Assembly: GCA_963730445.1 (NCBI GenBank)
Contig: CAVSRX010000020.1
Location: 13,536 to 77,535 of the forward strand
From: Vicinamibacterales bacterium
GTDB lineage: Bacteria; Acidobacteriota; Vicinamibacteria; Vicinamibacterales; JAMQPK01
DNA: 64,000 nucleotides
Direction of reading: 5' to 3'
Position numbers and translations under genes: made by a program. Within the stretch, counting starts at the first letter, position 1; the number at the start of each line of letters is the position of its first letter. Of this stretch, positions 39,009 through 50,871 are shown piece after piece. The notes beneath the pieces were generated by a model that was not told where the DNA came from, did no database searches, and saw nothing but the letters and a program-made list of their open reading frames with translations.

Positions 39009-42000
39009 TTAGAAGTTCACCTTCCAGACGAACGTGAAGAACCGCATGATGCTGTTCGTCGCGCCCGTGACCTTGCCGAAGTTCGTGCTCGTCGGGTCAA
39101 CGTTCGGATTCTGCCACAGCACGTTGTCGAACAGGTTCTGCACGTCAACGCGGAACTGCAGCGACCGGCCGCCGCCGATGCCGAAGTTCCGGACGATGTT
39201 CGTGTTCACCAGGAAGTACCCGGGGCCACGCACGCCGTCCACTCGGAACGGGAAGCGCGCTTCTGGAAGGTCGCCGGCTGAAGCGCCGCAGACCGCTCGA
39301 AGCCCGCGTCCACGTTGAACCAGGTCTTCGACGCGTCGATCGTGCCGTCACGCTGCAGCGCGATTTCCGGATTGTCCTTCTTGATGTCGTCGAGGTTGCC
39401 GTTGAAGAACAAGTTGCCGAAGTCGAGCAACGCGCCCGGCTGGTACTCGAACGTGCCGCCCATCTGCCATCCGCCGACGATGTTGGCAAGGACGCCCCCC
39501 TGGTTCAGGAACGCCTTGTTGCTGCCGAACGGGAACTCATACACCGCGCCGCCGGCGATGCGGAACGGCCGGGCATCCTGACTCGGCTGCCACGCGTCGG
39601 CTCGCGATCGTAGGCCTCGACGACACGATTTTCCGTGACGTCGTTGAACGAGAACGCCAGGTTGGCGCTGAGGCCATTCGAGTAACGGCGGTTGACCGTC
39701 ACCTCGAGCGAGTGAGCCTTGACGACGCCGAGCGGCAGGTTCTGGAATTGCAGGTTGTTGCCGCCGAGCTGCGGGAACGCGCGGATCAGGTTCTGCCGCT
39801 GCGTCGTCCGCGCCTGGAAGAACGCGTTGTTCGCCAGCCGCTGATACAGCACAGGATCCGACGTCCTCAGCGACGCGAAGTTGTCGATGTGGAACGGATT
39901 CGTCACCTGCTGCTGCAGCAGCGTCTGCGCCGACGCGTCGCGGCTGGTGATGTTGGTGCTGTAGTACGACTCCGGAATGTAGGACTCCTGAATCGTGCGA
40001 TCGACACGATCCGAATACATACCGGAGTACGCCACTTCAACCGACATGTTGCCGAACAGCTCGCGCTGCACGCCTACTCTCCAGCGGTTCACGCGCGCGT
40101 GCTTGCGGTTCGGATTCTCGCGGAGTGAAGCCCGATCCGAGAATGGCGTTGGCGCCGAGCGAATCCGCGAGCGCCGGCTCGAACCGGGTTCCGTTGCGCG
40201 CACGGGAACGGATCGACGATCGGCAGAACGCCGTTCCTCGGATCCCCAAGGAGCCAGGTCTGGCCGAAGTCGGTGCTCGCCACGTTGGTCGTCGCCGAGG
40301 TGTAGCCAAGCTGGTTGATGCTGCCGTTGGGGTAATCGGCGGCGTTCAGCGTGTCGAAGAAGAGACCGTACCCGCCTTGAGACGGTCCTCTCGCCCAGCT
40401 TGTACGCCATCGAGGCGCGCGGCATGAACATATGCTCGCCGTTCCAGGTCTTACCCAGATCGGACTGCGCCGGCATACACCGAGCCGCCGACGCACGCGG
40501 AAGTCGCTGACCGGCATCTGCGGAATCGGACTCCGCGCGTACGCGGCCTGCGCGAGCTGCGTAATCGCCAGCTGCGCATCCGGATCGAACTCGGTGATCC
40601 AGCGATCCTCGGCTTCGGTGATGCCATCCTCGAACTCGTATCGGAGGCCGAGGTTCAGCGTGAGGTTCTGCGTGACGCGCCACGTGTCCTGGAAGAACGC
40701 CGCCGTAGTACGGGTTGCGCATCGAGACCGGCGTGTTCTGGCCGATCGACACCTGCGTCGGAATGCCGAGCATCAGCGCCGCGAGGCTCGGGCCGATGTT
40801 GCTGGCCGGGAACACCGCCGTCGTATCCGCCGCGCGCGTGAACGTGTTGTCGAACGTGTACGTCGACGACACGTTGCCGGCCGGCGATCAAGTCCGTCCC
40901 GGCGCATGGCCAGGCGATAGTCGACGCCGCCGCGCAGCGTGTGGTCGCCCTTGACGCTCGTGATGTTGCTCTGCGCCTGAACGTGCGTGGCGTCGAGCGC
41001 CGCCGTTGGCGGTGTTCGAGACACCCTGGTATCCGCTCGACACTGATGACGGGCATCATGCAGTTGTTCGACCGCGCCGCAGAACTCGTCGAGGTAGCTC
41101 GGAAGACCGACGTCGGTGGGCTTGTACCGGTGCATGCCCCGGCGCTGCTGATCTTCGTAAGAAGCGATTCGTCGAAAACTGCGTGTCGAACACCGTCGAT
41201 CCCAGTGACTTTCGTCCAGTTGCCGGTGTAGGCCCACGACGCGCGCGTCTTGTCGTTGACGTGCAGGCCGTGGAACTTCGGGTTCGGCGATTCGTACGTC
41301 CAGTCGCCGAGCTGCTCGTGGAACGTCGTGCCCGCGTACCGGAAGAAGAAGCGGTCGCTCTGCGACGCGTTGTAGTCGATGCGGCCGCCGAAGTTCGACG
41401 CGTTCGTCAGGTTCGGCACGCCGCCCTGGTAGTAGTTGCCGGTCGGAATCTGCTCCCTGCTCGACGAAGTTCTGGTTCGGCGGCGGGATCATGTCTCTTG
41501 TAGAGCGCGAACAGCGGGTTCTTGTACGTGCCGTTCGCGTTCATGAACCGGTCTTTCGGGATGATGTTGTTCGGGAACGGCGTGCGGATGAAGCTGCCCG
41601 GACGCGCCGGATCGGGACGCACGGTCAGCGGATCGTAAATCTGATACTGGCCGGGCGTGCCCAGCGTCAGCAGGTCCGAGAAGTCGCCGTCGAGGTGCTT
41701 CGCGTTCGCGGGCACCGTCGACGTCGGTGTGTTTCGGGCAGCCGAGTCGTCGTAGTTCCGCTGATAGTTGAAGAAGTAGAACAGCTTGTTGCGGCCGTTC
41801 ACGATCTTCGGAAGCACGACCGGGCCGCCGAGCGTGAACGCGACGTTGTGCGAGTGGCCGGTGTTGTACAGCTCGCCGGTCTCGGGACGCTGCCCGAACG
41901 CCAGCTTCTGCTGCGGATTCCACGAGTTGATCTGGTTGGTCCAGTACTGATAGTTGAGCGTGCCGCGCGTGAGGTTCGTGCCCGCGCGGGTCATCAACGA

Positions 42001-42717
42001 GATGTTGGCGCCCGTGCCATGTCCCTGCGATGCGTCGAAGTTCGACGTCTCGACGCGCATTTCCTGAATCAGGTCGGAGTTCGGCGACGCCGACATGCGG
42101 CGGTTGTTGCCGGCGTTGGTCGCGCCGTCGATCGAGTAGTTGAAGCTGCCGACGCCACCGAGGGGGTCGCCGGCGCCGTCGTTCGGACCGTCAATCTGCC
42201 CCTGAAGCACGATCTGCTGCGTCGTCGGGCCGACGATGCCCTGCGCGAATTTCGAGAGCAGGATCGGCTGGTTCGCCGCCATCGGCAGACCCTCGATGAG
42301 GGCGCGATCGAAGTTCTGTCCCGATGACACCGACGTCGTGTCGAGGATCGGCGCCTCGGCCGTGACGTTCACGGTTTCCGAAACGTTGCCGACTTCGAGG
42401 GTCAGTCTCACGCTGAGCGTCTGAGCGACGCTGAGCGTGACGTCCTGGTTTATCGTCTTGAAATTCGGCATTTCGACCGACACACGATACGGTCCAGGCT
42501 GCAGCAGGGGCGCTTCGAAGTAGCCCGTCTCATTCGTGATGAGCGACTGCGTCTGGCCGGTTTCGGTGTTGGTGATTTTGACGTTCGCTCCGGGAATGAC
42601 TCCCTGCGCGTCCGAAATGACGCCGTTGATGTTGCCGCGCGTCTCTTGTGCCCAGGCCGGCAATGCCGCCAGGGTGCACATCAAGAGCAGCGCCCAAAAT
42701 CCTCTTCGCATACCCAT
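39009..42717 (-). CDS. TonB-dependent-receptor-like outer-membrane protein with CarboxypepD_reg N-domain, many apparent frameshifts
   Basis: Signal peptide plus GVISDAQGVIPGANVKITNTETGQTQSLITNETGYFEAPLLQPGPYRVSVE. C-terminus RFFTFVWKVNF*. The body is split over ORFs 41407..42717, 40773..41492, 40655..41419, 39505..40872, 39206..39544 and 39009..39242. Confidence 0.85.
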
Positions 42718-42979
42718 ATTTTTCCTCGCTGTTCAAATCGCGCACGTGTCGTGTCCGCCACGGCCGGGACAGTCGCGGCGGCGCGCTTCGAAACTTCCAA
42801 GTCCAACTAATTTGTTGAAGGGACGGAGGAAAAGTGTAGTGAAGGCCTCAGATTGCCGTCAAGGAATTGCGCGAGTTTTTGTTCTGAAATGGATTATTTT
42901 GTTGTGAATTGCGTGGTAGTTTGTCGCGTGATGTCGCAGTCTCCACTATATTGGATTCATCGCTGTTCATTTGGATCCG

Positions 42980-45215
42980 TCAGTCTTCCAGCACGCCCAA
43001 CACGTTCGAGTAGTCGTCGGTCCACAAACGAACGCCGGCGCCCGATAGCCGAACCCATCGAGGCGCCGACGTGGCGAGCTGGCCAAGATCGTTCTGGTTG
43101 CGGGCAAGGACGACCCAGACCGACGGCCGCTTCGCTTCGGCGGCGCGCTCGGGCGGCACCTCCTTGTCGTTCCGCGTGTAGCACACGAGACGCTGGTCGT
43201 CGGCAATCCGCGCGATCACCGGCCCGAGGTTGAAAAACCGGTTCGACACGTGGAACGCAATCACGCCGCGCGGTTTGAGCCGCGACATGAACATCGATAC
43301 AGCTTCGCGCGTGATGAGATGCGTGGGAATCGCGTCCGACGAAAACGCATCGACGACGATGAGATCGTACGAAGACTCCGGCATCGCACGCAGCCCCAGC
43401 CGTCCATCCACCGCCATCGTCCGTATCGTCGTGCCCGGGCGCGCCCGCGCCTCGGAGAGGTACGTGAAGTACGCCGGATTCTCCGCGATGCGGATGACGG
43501 CCTCGTCGATCTCGAAGAAGTCCATGCGCACACCGTTGCCGGCATAGCCGGCAAGCGCGCCGGCACCGAGGCCGACCACAGCGACATCGCGGAACCGCCC
43601 TTCGGGAGAGAGCGTGAAGACGACATCGCCGAGCGGACCGGATGGATGGTAGTACGCGGTCGGCAGCGCACGCACCTTGCCGCGAAACGCCTGCACGCCA
43701 TGCGTCGTCGTGCCATGCGTAAGCACGTGCCAGTCGCCGTTCTGCTGGGACGTCACTTCGTGCACGCCGAAAAACGTGCGCTCGCGGTGCAGCACATCGC
43801 CGCCGGTTCTCACGACACCGGCGCCGACGAGTAGGCCTGCGGCCATGCCGGCAAAGAGCAGCGCGGTCTTCCGCGATGAGCAACAGCAGAACCGCCGGAA
43901 TCGCGAACGACGCCCGCACGAGCGGTTGCGTCAGCTCCACGCCGGCGCGATCGTTGAAGATGGAGATGCCCCAGTATCCGGCGACGAACAACATCGCCGC
44001 GATCGCGCGCCACGCCCAGCGACCGGCGGGCGATTTCGCGCGGTGGTCCGCCTGAATGGTCTGAGGCCGGAGAAAAACAGCCGCCGCGATCGCGAGCGGG
44101 TACTCAAGGATCGACGAGAACACGACGGGCGCGATGAGCGCGACGGCCGCGCCGCCAAGGACACCGCCGAGCGAGACGCACACGAAGTAGCCGGTGAGGT
44201 GCGCAGGATCCGGGCGGCTCTCGGCAAGGCGCGTGTGGCACAGCATCGCCAGCACCGTGAACGCGATGAGATGCGCAAACGTGATCGGCAGGATCGGATA
44301 GCGCACCTCCGCGAGCGAGAGCACGAGGACGAGCAGCACGACCACCGGACGCGACAGCTCCCCACCACCGCGCGCTGCCGTGATCTCTGGTCGAAAACGC
44401 GGCGATGAAAGTCATCAAGTACAGCGCCAGCGGAATGACCCAGAGCAACGGCGCCGACACGACGTCGGTGGCAAGGTGCTGTGTAACGCCGAGCAACAGC
44501 GCCGATGGGACGAGGGCCAGGACGATCCAGAGCAGGCGGTTCCGGGTTCCGGGTTCCAGGTTCCGGGTTCGGGTTCCGGTTCGCGGTTCCGGTTCCGGTT
44601 CCGACGCGAGCTACGCGACCCACGCGACCCACGCGACCCACGTACGCGCACGCGGCGATGAGCGCGGCGGCAGCCCAGAACCCAACCGACCAGCCGCTGA
44701 CCTGAAGACTCCGCGTGGCGGCCGGTTCGACGATGAGATATCCGAGCAGTCCGAGCAGGCTTCCTGCGTTGCTCGCGGCGTACAGAAAGTACGGGTCTTT
44801 GGCTTTCGGATCGTTCGTTCGCGAAAACCACTGCTGCAGGAGCGGGGCCGTGGCCGACAGCGCGAAGAACGGCAGACCGACGCTGACGGCCAGTGCCCGC
44901 AGCAGCCACCACCGTGGACCGGCGCCGCTGCGGCTCTCCGATCTCGATCGGCATCAGCAGCGTGGCTCCCGCCACGATCAGCACGCAGATGTGCAGCGGC
45001 CGCTGCCACCGTGGCGGCACATATGTGCTCAACGCATGTGCGTAGAGATATCCGAGCAGCAGCACGGCCTGAAAGAAGACCATGCACGTGCTCCAGACCG
45101 CCGGGCTGCCGCCGAGCACCGGAAGCAGCATCTTGCCTGCGAGCGGCTGCACCATGAAAAGCAGCGTCGCCGAGAAGAAGATCGCGAGCGCGAAGAGCCG
45201 CCGGCCGGTCAGCAC
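42980..45215 (-). CDS. fused polytopic membrane / spermidine synthase-like protein, several apparent frameshifts
   Basis: N-terminus MLTGRRLFALAIFFSATLLFMVQPLAGKMLLPVLGGSPAVWSTCMVFFQAVLLLGY. Middle LLGVTQHLATDVVSAPLLWVIPLALYLMTFIAAF. C-terminal SpeE-like domain VAVVGLGAGALAGY...DLIVVDAFSSDAIPTHL (ORF 42980..43846). Confidence 0.7.
44538..44643. repeat. GGTTCCG heptamer array (~9 units) plus CGCGACCCA 9-mer x3, inside a coding region
   Basis: ggttccg ggttccg ggttcca ggttccg ggttcg ggttcc ggttcgc ggttcc ggttcc ggttcc ... cgcgaccca x3. On the - strand these translate as VGRVGRVGR...GTGTGT..NRNPNPEPGTRNPEPGT. Confidence 0.8.
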
Positions 45216-45254
45216 ACGGCGATCATATAATGCGAGGAAAATGGGGGACTTCGC

Positions 45255-46566
45255 ATGAAACGGTATTTCGGTCTCTTGGCGTGCTTCGCGCTGTTCACGG
45301 TGACGCTTGCGGGTCAGGCACGACCGCCGGCCGCCGCGACATCAACTGAAGATACAGAGCCTCTGCCATGGCTGAACCCAACTGAGGGGAAGCCGATCGA
45401 CACGCGCCCGACGGAGAAGAAAGACAACACGCCTTCGTTCCCCGAGCAGTTTCGCGCCCCCTATCGCGCGACGCCGCGCTTCAAGGTGACGACGCTCATC
45501 GACAACCTGGAAGTCCCGTGGAGCCTGGCATTTCTTCCGAGCGGAAACATCATCCTGACCGAACGGCTGCCGGGAAGGATTCGCATTCTCCACACCGACG
45601 GCAAGCTGTCCGGACCGTTGGCCGGCGTGTCGGTGGTGGCCTCGCCCGGCGCGAAAGACATCGGTCTTCTCGACGTCGTGCTCGATCCGAACTTCGCCAG
45701 CAACCGGCGCGTCTTCTTCAGCTTCTTCAATTACATCGACGGCACGAACAGCAACACGAACATCGCGCGCGCGCGCCTCGATGAGAAAGCGCTCGCACTC
45801 ACCGACGTCAGCGTGATCTTCCGCGGGTTGCCCGTGATGCCGTCGAAGCGGCTCGGCGCGAAGACGGGCGGGCGCATCGCGATCGGACCCGACGGCAATC
45901 TGTTCATGACGCTTGGCGACCGCTCGGATTCGCCGCCCTGGAGCGTCGCACAGCAGCTCGACAATCACCTCGGCAAGATCATTCGCATCACGCCGGATGG
46001 CGCCGTGCCGCCGGACAATCCGTTCATCGGCAAGCCCGGCGTCCTGCCCGAGATCTGGACCTACGGTATGCGCAGCGCCGAAGGGCTCGCGTTCGATCCG
46101 AAAACGGGCCGTCTGTGGCAGAACGATCACGGTCCTCGCGGTGGAGACGAGCTGAACATCGTCGAGAAAGGCAAGAATTACGGATGGCCCGTCGGTCGCG
46201 CGGGGCATCGACTACCCGGGCAATCCGATCGGCGTCACGCGCAGGAGCGGGATGGAAGAGCCGATCTATTACTGGGACCCCGTCATCGCGCCATCTGGTC
46301 TCGCGTTCTACACGGGCAGTCTGTTTCCGCAGTGGAAGAACAGCCTCTTCATGGGTGGCCTGCGCGGCGCCATGCTCGACCGGCTGGAGATGGTCAACGA
46401 CAAGGTCGTTGCGGAGGAACCGTTGCTGACGGATCTGCATGCCAGGATTCGGGACGTGCGTGTGGGTCCGGACGGCGCCGTGTATGTGCTGACCGATAGC
46501 GGCACGCCGACGATGAGCCCGAACACTCCGCCCACGAGCAAGTTGTTGAAGCTCACACCGAAATAG
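45255..46566 (+). CDS. PQQ-dependent sugar (glucose/sorbosone) dehydrogenase, one apparent frameshift
   Basis: Signal peptide, then LEVPWSLAFLPSGNIILTERLPGRIRIL...GGRIAIGPDGNLFMTLGDR...HGPRGGDELNIVEKGKNYGWP. Shifts at ~46195 into EEPIYYWDPVIAPSGLAFYTGSLFPQWKNSLFMGGL (ORF 46252..46566). Confidence 0.85.
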
Positions 46567-46574
46567 GCTTCGCC

Positions 46575-47325
46575 ATGAATCCATACGTCGCCGAAGCGGT
46601 AGGAACGATGATTCTGATCCTGCTCGGAGACGGGGTCGTCGCGAACGTGCTGCTCGCGCGGTCGAAAGGCCAGAATTCCGGCTGGATCGTGATTACGATG
46701 GGATGGGGCGTTGCGGTGACGATCGCGGTGTACTCCGTCGGCCGCATCAGCGGCGCGCACCTCAACCCTGCGGTCACCATCGCGCTCGCCACGATCGGCG
46801 CGCTTCCCGTGGGAGAACGTGGCTGGATATGTGGCAGCACAAATGATTGGCGCGTTCGTTGGCGCCACACTGGTGTGGCTCACGTACCTGCCGCATTGGC
46901 GGCTCACAGAAGATCCGGCCTTGAAGCTGGCGGTGTTCTGCACCGGGCCAGCGGTTCGCAATCCAGTCGCAAACGTCATGACCGAAGCGATCGGCACTGC
47001 AATGCTGCTGTTCGGTGTGCTCGCCATCGGCGCCAACGCCGAAGGATGGGCGCAGGCCGGAGACGTGGATCTCTCGCAGGTCTTCAGTCGCGCGCTGCAA
47101 CCGCTGCTCGTCGGCATTCTGGTCCTCGGAATAGGCCTCTCGCTTGGCGGCCCTACCGGATACGCGATCAACCCGGCGCGCGATCTCGGGCCGCGCATCG
47201 CGCACGCCATCCTTCCCATTCCCGGCAAGGGCACGTCAGACTGGCCGTACGCCTGGATTCCAGTTGTTGCACCGATCGCCGGCGGCATCGCCGGCGCCGC
47301 ACTGTATTCCTTCGTGGGATTTTAG
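46575..47325 (+). CDS. glpF: aquaglyceroporin / glycerol uptake facilitator, one apparent frameshift
   Basis: First NPA box [14 protein letters not shown] and second NPA box [13 protein letters not shown]. The two halves are in ORFs 46575.. and 46819..47325, with a shift at ~46810. Confidence 0.85.
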
Positions 47326-47365
47326 GCCCGCCCTGAGCGAGCGCAGCGAGTCGAAAGGGAGACAC

Positions 47366-48886
47366 ATGGCACGTTACGTCGGAGCTCTGGATCAGGGCAC
47401 AACCAGCACACGGTTCATGGTGTTCGATGCCGCTGGCGCGGAAGTGGCGCGCCGCCAGATCGAGCACGAGCAGATCATGCCGAAGCCCGGATGGGTCGAA
47501 CACGATCCGGTGGAAATTGCCGCGCGCACGAACGAGGTGATTACCGGCGCGCTGCGGGTGGCAAATCTCGACGGAAGGGATCTCGCGGCGATCGGCGTGA
47601 CGAACCAGCGCGAGACGACGATCGTGTGGAATCCGAAAACCGGCCGCCCCTGGTACAACGCCATCGTCTGGCAGGACACCCGGACGGATCGGATCGTCAC
47701 GGCGCTCGAGCCGCATCGGCAACTGCTCTGCGAACGCACGGGGCTGCCGCCCGCGACGTACTTCTCGGGCACGAAGCTGCAGTGGATTCTCGAGAACGTC
47801 GAAGGCGTGAGAGCCGCCGCGGACAAAGGCGAAGCGGTCTTCGGCAACGTCGATACGTGGGTCATCTGGAATCTCACGGGCGGCGCCGACGGCGGCGTTC
47901 ACGTCACCGACGTCACCAACGCGAGCCGCACGCTGCTGATGGATCTGCGCACGCTCGATTGGGATGATGAGCTGCTCGCGCTGTTCGGCATTCCGCGCCG
48001 CATGCTGCCGACGATCAAGTCGTCGTCTGAACGGCAGGCGTACGGAATGACGCGGCGAAACGGACCCGTGGGCGCCGAAGTACCGGTGTGCGGCGATCTC
48101 GGCGATCAGCAGGCGGCCACGGTGGGCCAGGCGTGTTTTTCAGTCGGCGAAGCGAAGAACACGTATGGCACCGGCAACTTCATGCTGCTCAACACAGGCG
48201 AAACGCCGACGCCGTCGAAGACCGGCCTCCTCACTACGGTCTGCTACAAGCTCGGCGATGCGAAGCCGGTGTATGCGCTCGAAGGATCTGTGGCCGTCAC
48301 CGGATCGGCTGTGCAGTGGCTGCGCGATCAGCTCGGCATCATCGCGACGGCCGCCGACGTAGAAGCGCTAGCGAACACGGTGCCCGACAACGGCGGCGCC
48401 TACTTCGTTCCGGCGTTCTCCGGTTTATTCGCGCCGTACTGGCGCTCGGATGCGCGCGGCGCGATCGTCGGCTTGTCGCGATTCAACACGAAGGGGCACC
48501 TGGCGCGCGCGACGTTGGAAGCGATCTGCTTTCAAACGCGCGCGGTGCTCGACGCGATGACGATCGACTCGGGCGTGAAGTTAGCGGTGCTGAAGGTGGA
48601 CGGCGGCGCCACCGTGAACAATACGCTGATGCAGCTGCAAGCCGACGTGCTCGGCGTGCCCGTCGTCCGCCCGGTCGTCGCCGAAACCACAGCGCTCGGC
48701 GCGGCGTATGCCGCGGGTCTTGCGGTCGGCTTCTGGAAAGATCTCGAGACGCTGCGGAAAAACTGGCGCGCCGACCGGCAGTGGGAACCGGCGTGGAACA
48801 CCGACCGCCGCGAAGAATCGTATCGCGGGTGGCAGAAGGCCGTGGAGCGCACGCTGAACTGGGTCGATGTCGGAAATGGGGATTAG
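47366..48886 (+). CDS. glpK: glycerol kinase
   Basis: [21 protein letters not shown]...GWVEHDP...[13 protein letters not shown]...[15 protein letters not shown]...[12 protein letters not shown]...[11 protein letters not shown]. Intact. Confidence 0.95.
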   Translation: MARYVGALDQGTTSTRFMVFDAAGAEVARRQIEHEQIMPKPGWVEHDPVEIAARTNEVITGALRVANLDGRDLAAIGVTNQRETTIVWNPKTGRPWYNAIVWQDTRTDRIVTALEPHRQLLCERTGLPPATYFSGTKLQWILENVEGVRAAADKGEAVFGNVDTWVIWNLTGGADGGVHVTDVTNASRTLLMDLRTLDWDDELLALFGIPRRMLPTIKSSSERQAYGMTRRNGPVGAEVPVCGDLGDQQAATVGQACFSVGEAKNTYGTGNFMLLNTGETPTPSKTGLLTTVCYKLGDAKPVYALEGSVAVTGSAVQWLRDQLGIIATAADVEALANTVPDNGGAYFVPAFSGLFAPYWRSDARGAIVGLSRFNTKGHLARATLEAICFQTRAVLDAMTIDSGVKLAVLKVDGGATVNNTLMQLQADVLGVPVVRPVVAETTALGAAYAAGLAVGFWKDLETLRKNWRADRQWEPAWNTDRREESYRGWQKAVERTLNWVDVGNGD

Positions 48887-48913
48887 GGATTAGGGATTGG
48901 GGATTAGGGATTA
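48878..48913. repeat. GGGATTA heptamer array (5 units)
   Basis: ggggatta gggatta gggattg gggatta gggatta. Begins inside the last glpK codons (GNGD*). Confidence 0.85.
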
Positions 48914-48941
48914 GAGCCGCAGTCCCGTCGGACCGATAACC

Positions 48942-49697
48942 ATGGGCATGAGAATGACGCACATGGTCATCCCCTTCACGCTGGTGTGCCTCATCGTGCT
49001 CGCACCGGCTCGCGCCGGCTTTGCGCAGACGCTGAAGCCGGAAATGCTGGCGCAGTTCGAACAGAAGACCGGCCTGAAGCCCATCGAGATTCCCGACACG
49101 CAAGGCACCTACCTGGGCAAAACCCATCGCGGATACCGCGTCGTGTTCACGGCGAAAGCCGGAAACGTATGGGGACGTTATGCCGCTCGCCTTACGGCGG
49201 CCGAGATCGGTCGCGAGGTCGGCGGATTTGCGGCGCACGTGACAGGACAGCGCGGGTCTAACCGCGACGGAGTCGTCGGCAGTCCGCTGGACCGGCTGCT
49301 CTCGCGGTATCTCGGAGAGCCGGTCATGCTGGCCGTCTTCCTGGCGCACGAGAAACCGCACGCACCGCGCCTCGACGTGCTGAGCGATCGCGCGAAAGTG
49401 GGTCCCGAGGACAAGCTCGAACGGCGCGACAAGATCAGCGGCAACGCCGGATATATCCACACCGACGATGCAGACTTCGGCAGGCGCATCGCGAGCAACG
49501 ACGCACTCATGAAGCGGTTGAAGAATTTGCGCTACGAATACATTCGGGTCGATCAGGATACGGTCGCCTTCTATTTCGCCGGGACAGAGCTCGACTACAG
49601 CGGGCTCATCCGCGATCACGGCGACTACTTCAAGATGCTGAACGACCTATTGGACGATCTCGCGGATATCGCCGACGCCATACCGGCGGCTCGCTGA
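48942..49697 (+). CDS. hypothetical secreted protein
   Basis: 251 aa with signal peptide MVIPFTLVCLIVLAPARAGFAQ. No family recognised. Confidence 0.55.
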   Translation: MGMRMTHMVIPFTLVCLIVLAPARAGFAQTLKPEMLAQFEQKTGLKPIEIPDTQGTYLGKTHRGYRVVFTAKAGNVWGRYAARLTAAEIGREVGGFAAHVTGQRGSNRDGVVGSPLDRLLSRYLGEPVMLAVFLAHEKPHAPRLDVLSDRAKVGPEDKLERRDKISGNAGYIHTDDADFGRRIASNDALMKRLKNLRYEYIRVDQDTVAFYFAGTELDYSGLIRDHGDYFKMLNDLLDDLADIADAIPAAR

Positions 49698-49705
49698 TCC
49701 CTCAT

Positions 49706-49731
49706 CGGTAGCGCAGGGCTTTAGCCCTGCC
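49706..49731. repeat. REP-like hairpin GCGCAGGGCTTTAGCCCTGCC
   Basis: Stem GCAGGGCT/AGCCCTGC between convergent genes. It is the reverse complement of 57629-57649 and shares the flanking GTAGCG. Confidence 0.75.
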
Positions 49732-49738
49732 TCTCGCG

Positions 49739-50800
49739 TCAGCGTCCTAGCAGTGCGTCGAGCACACCGTGGTACGCCGGTTTCGGCGCGTACTGCGCGT
49801 CGAACAACAGCGGGCGGTCTCCGCTGAGCCAGGTGTGCGCGTCGGTGAATCCCCAGAACGTGATCGCTTCGCAGCGAGCCTCCATCATGCACACCTGCAC
49901 GACGTCACGATACGTCCTGCGCTGAACCTCCAGGCGCGCCTGCTCGGTGCCGCCCACGTTGTTGATCCGCACATCCATCTCGCTGATGTGCACGATAAGG
50001 CCGAGGCTCGCCAGGCGCCGCATGTTCGCGGCGATGCTCGCATCCGACGGACGGCTGTTCGCGGAAATGTGCATCTGCAGGCCGACGCCGTCGATGGGGA
50101 CTCCCTGCGCGAGCAGGTCCCGCAACAGCGCGTAGATGCGATCGGACTTGCCGTTCATGCCTTCGCCGCCGTAGTCGTTGTAAAAGAGCAACGCTCCGGG
50201 ATCTGCCTGACGCGCCAGGCGGAAGGCGTCGGCGATGTACGCATCTCCCAGCTTCTGCCGGAACACCGTATCTCGAAGCGACGACCCGCTATCGGCAACC
50301 GCCTCATTGAGAACGTCCCACGCGTGCACGCGGCCGCGGTAGTGCGCCGCGACCGTTTGAATGTGCCGCTCGAACACCGCGCGGAATTCCGTCGGCGTCA
50401 GGCCGTTCACCCACGACGGGGTGGCGCCGTGCCAGATGAGCGCGTGACCCTTCACCTGCATTCGCCGCGATCGCGCGTACTCGACGATGGCGTCTCCCGC
50501 GCCGAACATGCTCGCGCCGGCAACGGGTTCGATGCTGCTCCACTTCATCTCGTACTCGGCCGTCAGGTAGTTGAACTCCCGATCGACGATGGTGCTGTAT
50601 GGCGGGTTGCCGAGAAAGGCCGCCTGAACTGCGGTGCCGACGAGTTTTCCGCGATCGGCTGCAGCGGCTTTCAGGCTGTCAGACGATTCGGGCAGCGCGG
50701 GTGGTGTTGGAGTGGGTGCGACCGGCGTCGGGGAGTCGTTGCCGCACGAGAGTGCAAGCCCGGTCGCCGCGGCGATCAGCCACTTCGATCGAAGATGCAT
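49739..50800 (-). CDS. GH10 endo-1,4-beta-xylanase lipoprotein
   Basis: Lipobox LALSCGN. Catalytic motifs WDVLNEA and HISEMDV, plus KGHALIWH and ITFWGFTD. Confidence 0.9.
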   Translation of the reverse strand: MHLRSKWLIAAATGLALSCGNDSPTPVAPTPTPPALPESSDSLKAAAADRGKLVGTAVQAAFLGNPPYSTIVDREFNYLTAEYEMKWSSIEPVAGASMFGAGDAIVEYARSRRMQVKGHALIWHGATPSWVNGLTPTEFRAVFERHIQTVAAHYRGRVHAWDVLNEAVADSGSSLRDTVFRQKLGDAYIADAFRLARQADPGALLFYNDYGGEGMNGKSDRIYALLRDLLAQGVPIDGVGLQMHISANSRPSDASIAANMRRLASLGLIVHISEMDVRINNVGGTEQARLEVQRRTYRDVVQVCMMEARCEAITFWGFTDAHTWLSGDRPLLFDAQYAPKPAYHGVLDALLGR

Positions 50801-50871
50801 GCGTCGACTCAGTTGATTGAAAGAGACCGCCGCATGCGGCTTTCGACCACATGCGGCGGCGTGTGCGGCGA

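Noticed and set aside
42718-42979. Riboswitch or ncRNA in the 262-bp lower-GC leader of the TonB-dependent-like gene
   Set aside because: I could see no recognisable conserved riboswitch core, such as a B12 box. It is treated as an ordinary promoter/leader region pending an Rfam scan.
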